DNA of 64,000 nucleotides from an uncultured bacterium. Its GTDB lineage: Bacteria; Zixibacteria; MSB-5A5; UBA10806. Under the pieces are notes generated by a model. It saw only the letters and a list, made by a program, of their open reading frames with translations, searched no databases and was not told the origin of the DNA. The position numbers and the translations under genes are program-made. This document shows positions 58,062 to 64,000 of the stretch, in pieces; the first letter of the stretch is position 1, and every line of letters starts with the position of its first letter. The stretch is taken from contig CBEUCH010000007.1 in NCBI GenBank assembly GCA_965541585.1, positions 32,001-96,000 of the forward strand, read 5' to 3'.

Positions 58062-60206
58062 ATGGAAATAGCAGTATTATCAAGTCATTGGTTCTGGTAT
58101 TCGATTTTTACATTAGCAGGGATCATAGTCGGTGTAGCATCATATCACAGAAGTTTTCCTCCATTGAGCCGGTTCTGGAGGATTTTTCTGGCCATCCTCA
58201 GGGGAGCCATGATTCTTCTTCTGGGGCTTTTCTTGATTGAACCTGTCCTGAATCTCTATTCGTCGAAACTGGTGCAACCCGTGCTGGCGGTTCTGGTGGA
58301 CCATTCCAGGAGTATGGGCGTTACTCTTGAAGATGGATCAAGAATCGATCTGGCCGATAGTCTCAGTCGACAGATGCTGTCGGATCTTGAAAGCGACTAT
58401 AAGCTCTTTTCGTTTTCGGACAGCATGTTTCAAATAGAGGATTTTCCGCCGACCTCAGATCTCCGCGGCGATGCCACATCGATCGTGCGCGCATTTCAGG
58501 ATCTCGGCTCCAGGAAGGATTTCGACAGGTTCGGCGCGATTCTTCTGGCAACGGATGGCCGACAGAATCTCGGAGGCGACCCGGTTAAAGCTGCAATGAG
58601 ACTTAATATTCCGGTCCATACCCTGACAGTCGGGGAGAAAATCGGAGAATCCAATCTCGCGGTTGACGAGGTAATATCGCCTTCGGTTGTCTATAGCGGC
58701 GATGATTTCAGAATAGAAACACGCATAGGCGCCGAGGGGATCGAGGCTCAAAGATCAAGGGTCTATCTTAAGATCGGTAATAAGGTAATTACCGAAAGGC
58801 CTTTCGATATACCTCGTGAAGGGCGCAAGACGAAAATCGAGTTTGATATAAAAGCACCGGAGCCGAGCGATTATGAGTATGCTATTTCAACCCCCGTATT
58901 GGATCGGGAAGGAGAAAGTGCAGACAATGAGAGAATTTTCGCCGTCAAGGTGCTGAAGAATAAAATCAGAATATTTCTCGGGTCGGCATCTTTGGACTGG
59001 GAATATAAATTTATCAACCGATCGCTATCAAGATTCGAGGAATTCGAGGTGGATGAGGTTTTTCCGGAAAGCAGCGGTAAATTTTCATCGCCCGGTGTTC
59101 CCAGAAGTTTAGAAGATCTCAAAAAATACGATCTGATATTGCTTGTTAACAGCTCGCCCGGGAAGCTGAGGATGATCGTATCCGATTTGAAAAAGTACGT
59201 AGAGGACGGCGGTTCGCTCATATATATGGCAGGCGCAGGTTGTCTTTCGGATATAGGCTCCTTTGACGATTTACTTCCGTTAGATCTGCGGAAACCTGAA
59301 ATAACGGATGGCGAATTTTTCTTCGAGACCACACCAACTCGAAAGCATCATGCTGCGATCCTGCTTGACGATGATCCGGAAACGAGCCGCAGGCTGTGGA
59401 ATTCGCTGCCACCGTTTGGCCGTCTTATCTCGGGTATTCGCCCGACCGGCGATCTGCTACTCGAAGCCAGACTCAGCCAGCGGGGCGATCCCGCGATCCC
59501 GGTGCTGACAGTGGGTAAGTACGGTCATGGCCTGGTGGCTGCGGTTACCGGATTCCCGATCTGGCGCAGCCATTTCGGGTCGGCAAAGGACGATAGACTT
59601 GCAAAGGCAATTCCAGGATTCTGGAAAAACCTCGCCAGATGGGCGACCGCCGGCGAGCGATCCGAAAACTTCCGGATAATGACTAACCGCAAGGTGTATC
59701 GTCTCGGCGAACCGGTGCCTATGACCGGATACCTGTACGACGAGGCCAACCGCGCAAGAAACGGTGCCCTGGTCCTGGTTTCAATCATCCCTGAGGGTGA
59801 CGATGCCCCGATCAAGGACGCCGTTTTGACCCAATCAGGCAGCGGCATCTACACCGGAGAGATATCATCGCTTCCAGCGGGAAACTATGTTTTCAATGCC
59901 GTGGCATCATCCTACGGAGATACAGTAGGTTCGACGTCGGGGGAATTCACGATAGAGAAATCCAGCCTGGAGATGGCGTCACGTTCTCCCGATTACAACC
60001 TGACCCGCAGGATCGCGGAAGCGACGGGAGCAATCGCATATACAAAAGACGATTTCGAAAAGTTCTCCGGCGATCTGCAATTGACCCCCTATACCGAAGA
60101 GACTCACGCCCGGATAAGGCCGTTCGGCATGCCGCTGTTTTTGATTATTCTCTTGGCCGGCCTGACAATCGAGTGGGGTTTGAGGAAGAGATTCAGGCTG
60201 CCGTAG
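58062..60206 (+). CDS. Membrane-anchored vWA plus glutamine-amidotransferase-like domain protein
   Basis: VDHSRSM MIDAS-like, TDGRQN, C-terminal EWGLRKR. Confidence 0.75.
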   Translation: MEIAVLSSHWFWYSIFTLAGIIVGVASYHRSFPPLSRFWRIFLAILRGAMILLLGLFLIEPVLNLYSSKLVQPVLAVLVDHSRSMGVTLEDGSRIDLADSLSRQMLSDLESDYKLFSFSDSMFQIEDFPPTSDLRGDATSIVRAFQDLGSRKDFDRFGAILLATDGRQNLGGDPVKAAMRLNIPVHTLTVGEKIGESNLAVDEVISPSVVYSGDDFRIETRIGAEGIEAQRSRVYLKIGNKVITERPFDIPREGRKTKIEFDIKAPEPSDYEYAISTPVLDREGESADNERIFAVKVLKNKIRIFLGSASLDWEYKFINRSLSRFEEFEVDEVFPESSGKFSSPGVPRSLEDLKKYDLILLVNSSPGKLRMIVSDLKKYVEDGGSLIYMAGAGCLSDIGSFDDLLPLDLRKPEITDGEFFFETTPTRKHHAAILLDDDPETSRRLWNSLPPFGRLISGIRPTGDLLLEARLSQRGDPAIPVLTVGKYGHGLVAAVTGFPIWRSHFGSAKDDRLAKAIPGFWKNLARWATAGERSENFRIMTNRKVYRLGEPVPMTGYLYDEANRARNGALVLVSIIPEGDDAPIKDAVLTQSGSGIYTGEISSLPAGNYVFNAVASSYGDTVGSTSGEFTIEKSSLEMASRSPDYNLTRRIAEATGAIAYTKDDFEKFSGDLQLTPYTEETHARIRPFGMPLFLIILLAGLTIEWGLRKRFRLP

Positions 60207-60215
60207 CTTGGATTT

Positions 60216-60251
60216 GTAGGTCGGGTTCAGAGCGAAGCGAGAAACCCGACA
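60216..60251. repeat. GTAG-type REP
   Basis: GTAGGTCGGGTT...CGAAGCGAGAAACCCGACA; same family as 63016-63068. Confidence 0.8.
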
Positions 60252-60337
60252 GGACGGTTGCCGAAACGGAAAGACAGTCTGAAAACCTCCCGGAGAAGTT
60301 CCCGACGGCATATAGATCTAATCCAAAAAAAGATTGA

Positions 60338-61696
<1,359 letters not shown>

Positions 61697-61701
61697 GTGA
61701 T

Positions 61702-62079
61702 ATGGCCAGGTATCCGAAAGTATCAAAAAAGTTCAAAAGCCGCCTGAAGAAATCGAAAATCAGGTCGCGACTCTTGATGTTCGGGATTATAACGGCCGCA
61801 GTATTTGTTATCCTCTCATTTTTCTGGGGTGAGTTCGGCTTTTTTAGAATATGGATTCTTTCAAAAAGGATTGAGAGGCTGGAAAGGGAGATAGCAACTT
61901 TACAGGTCGAACAGCAGGATCTGCTCTGGGAAATGGATAAGATGAAAAACGATCCCGACTATATTAAGCGCTACGCTGTTGAAGAGTATGGTTATGCCCG
62001 GCCTTACCAGAATGTTATACAGTTCGTACCGGTCGATTCGACAGACACCGACGCCCCCGGGAAATCTCCCGATAAGTGA
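61702..62079 (+). CDS. ftsB: Septum formation initiator (FtsB/DivIC-like)
   Basis: TM segment plus coiled coil, directly after eno. Confidence 0.8.
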   Translation: MARYPKVSKKFKSRLKKSKIRSRLLMFGIITAAVFVILSFFWGEFGFFRIWILSKRIERLEREIATLQVEQQDLLWEMDKMKNDPDYIKRYAVEEYGYARPYQNVIQFVPVDSTDTDAPGKSPDK

Positions 62080-62091
62080 TCCTCGATCTCG

Positions 62092-62856
62092 ATGAGCCGT
62101 TTCAAAATCGAAGCCTTTGTTATTCGCACCACCCGGATGGCGGAATCGTCACGGGTCGTAACACTGTATTCCCGGGAGGTCGGAAAGGTCAAGGCGGTGG
62201 CCAAAGGAGTCGGCAGGCCGAAATCGAAGATGTCCGGCTCAATCGGGCTGTTCAATCTCATCGAGGGCGTGTTGTATAAAAAGGAAACCAGCGATCTGGG
62301 GACCTTAGGTTCGGCATCGGTTCTGCAAGATTTCAAGGAGATTGCGGCCGATCCGCGCAAATTCGGCTTTGCATCGGCCTGGTGTGAGATTCTCGATAAA
62401 ACATCTCATGCCGAGGAGTCGCAGCCGAAAACCTTCACGCTGACGCTTGACTATCTCGAAACGTTGAATCAATCGAATCCCGAAGCATGCGGCCTGCTCT
62501 TCTGGAGCGGCGTTGTCAAGCTCCTGGAAATCGAAGGATACGCGCCCCGGCTGGATAAATGCGTATCATGCCGCATGGATAAAGTCAGTGGAAGACTCAT
62601 GGTATCTTTGAGTCGCGGCGGGCTGGTCTGTGCTAAATGCGCGGACGCGGATGAACTCATAATCGATCTATCTGATAATGTCCTTGCCCTGTTAAGGCGG
62701 ATGGAATCAGAACCGCTCTCGAAAATATCTCAAATGTCCCATGATAAGAGAACAGGAAAAAAGGCGGCGGAGGTGATCATGGCATTCGCAACCTATCATC
62801 TTGGCTTGCCACGCAACCTGAAATCGTTTAAATTCCTCGAAAGCCTTGGCGACTGA
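62092..62856 (+). CDS. recO: DNA repair protein RecO
   Basis: GKVKAVAKG, CVSC...GGLVCAKC zinc finger, LKSFKFL. Confidence 0.93.
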   Translation: MSRFKIEAFVIRTTRMAESSRVVTLYSREVGKVKAVAKGVGRPKSKMSGSIGLFNLIEGVLYKKETSDLGTLGSASVLQDFKEIAADPRKFGFASAWCEILDKTSHAEESQPKTFTLTLDYLETLNQSNPEACGLLFWSGVVKLLEIEGYAPRLDKCVSCRMDKVSGRLMVSLSRGGLVCAKCADADELIIDLSDNVLALLRRMESEPLSKISQMSHDKRTGKKAAEVIMAFATYHLGLPRNLKSFKFLESLGD

Positions 62857-62902
62857 TTTCGGCAGGCAATGCTGATGATGCGAGACAATTCGAAAAATAT
62901 TC

Positions 62903-63176
<274 letters not shown>

Positions 63177-63198
63177 CGGGAGATTAGAGTGGTGAACT

Positions 63199-63900
63199 AT
63201 GGATAATTGCCGATTATGTAGGAAAGAACGCGAACTATGTGATTCACATATAATTCCCGAATTTATGTATTCATCGCTTTATGATGAAAATCATAAGTTT
63301 AATCAACTTACAAAGGATCGAATTATTCCTAGGCCTTTAGGGATATATGAAAAAATGTTATGTGAAGTCTGTGAAGGAAAACTCAACTTCTATGAGACTT
63401 ATGTAAAAGAAGTATTGTATGGTGGAACCGAATTAGTTATTCGAGAATATAAAAGCCATACGTCTTTTCTAAATATTGATTATAATAGGCTTAAGTTATT
63501 CCATATGAGTATATTGTGGAGGGCCGGAGTGACCGGGCGAGAGGAATTTTCGGATGTTGAGTTAGGGCAAAAGCATGAGGAAAAACTCAGAGCGATGATC
63601 AATAATGATAATCCGGGTAAGCCATATGAATATCCTTGTATAATCATGTATAATATAAACAGCACTCCTGAGATAAATCAAGGTTTAGTCACAAATCTCC
63701 ATAAATCGCTCAGGTACGAGGGTCATATGGCATATAAAGTCTTTATGGCTGGTTGTATTTGGGGTTTCCTTGTGTCCTCACATACAAATAGAATTGATAA
63801 CACAAGACACCTGTGGTTAGACAATAGGGGTTTAATAATACACAAAATCTCGGTAAGCCAAGAAAAGTTTCTACAAAATTTAATAAGTAAATTGGAATAA
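63199..63900 (+). CDS. Hypothetical protein with HNH-like zinc-binding N-terminus
   Basis: CRLC...SHIIP...LCEVCE; SILWRA; AT-rich. Confidence 0.65.
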   Translation: MDNCRLCRKERELCDSHIIPEFMYSSLYDENHKFNQLTKDRIIPRPLGIYEKMLCEVCEGKLNFYETYVKEVLYGGTELVIREYKSHTSFLNIDYNRLKLFHMSILWRAGVTGREEFSDVELGQKHEEKLRAMINNDNPGKPYEYPCIIMYNINSTPEINQGLVTNLHKSLRYEGHMAYKVFMAGCIWGFLVSSHTNRIDNTRHLWLDNRGLIIHKISVSQEKFLQNLISKLE

Positions 63901-63912
63901 GGGAGAATACAC

Positions 63913-64000
63913 GTGGCCAAAAAAAAATCGATAGACCCTCTAATGGATAAGCTGGTATCGCTCTGCAAGCGGCGGGGATTCGTATTTCAATCATCGGAGA
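63913..64000 (+). CDS. glyQS: Glycine-tRNA ligase (homodimeric type), 5' end
   Basis: GTG start after GGGAG; MDKLVSLCKRRGFVFQSSE. Confidence 0.9.
   Translation, partial: MAKKKSIDPLMDKLVSLCKRRGFVFQSSE

Overview
Bacterial chromosomal window, probably from an FCB-associated lineage (Zixibacteria-like is my inference from the LpxC-FabZ fusion, a PorV-like protein and a GlyQS-type synthetase). Most of 12.3-64 kb is housekeeping: NSS transporter, glycolipid genes, dnaE, the lipid A cluster lpxC/fabZ-lpxA-(gnnA-like)-lpxB-waaA-lpxK, nadB, guaA, eno, ftsB, recO and glyQS. The standout region is about 2.4-12.1 kb. It is an integrase-less, integron-like cassette array with all genes on the minus strand and several intact, degenerate or half attC sites. 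It is punctuated by five copies of two promoter modules that each lead into a GTT core site (attI/Pc-like) and by nested duplications that appear joined at microhomologies. Other accessory candidates are a SLOG/DprA-like plus ADP-ribosyltransferase-like fusion (13.9-15.0 kb), an AT-rich ParB-like/HEPN-like gene paired with an adenine methylase (38.1-40.3 kb), a TIR protein behind guaA, and an HNH-like gene between recO and glyQS. The last two sit next to REP clusters. All calls are by eye from motifs; no database searches were run.
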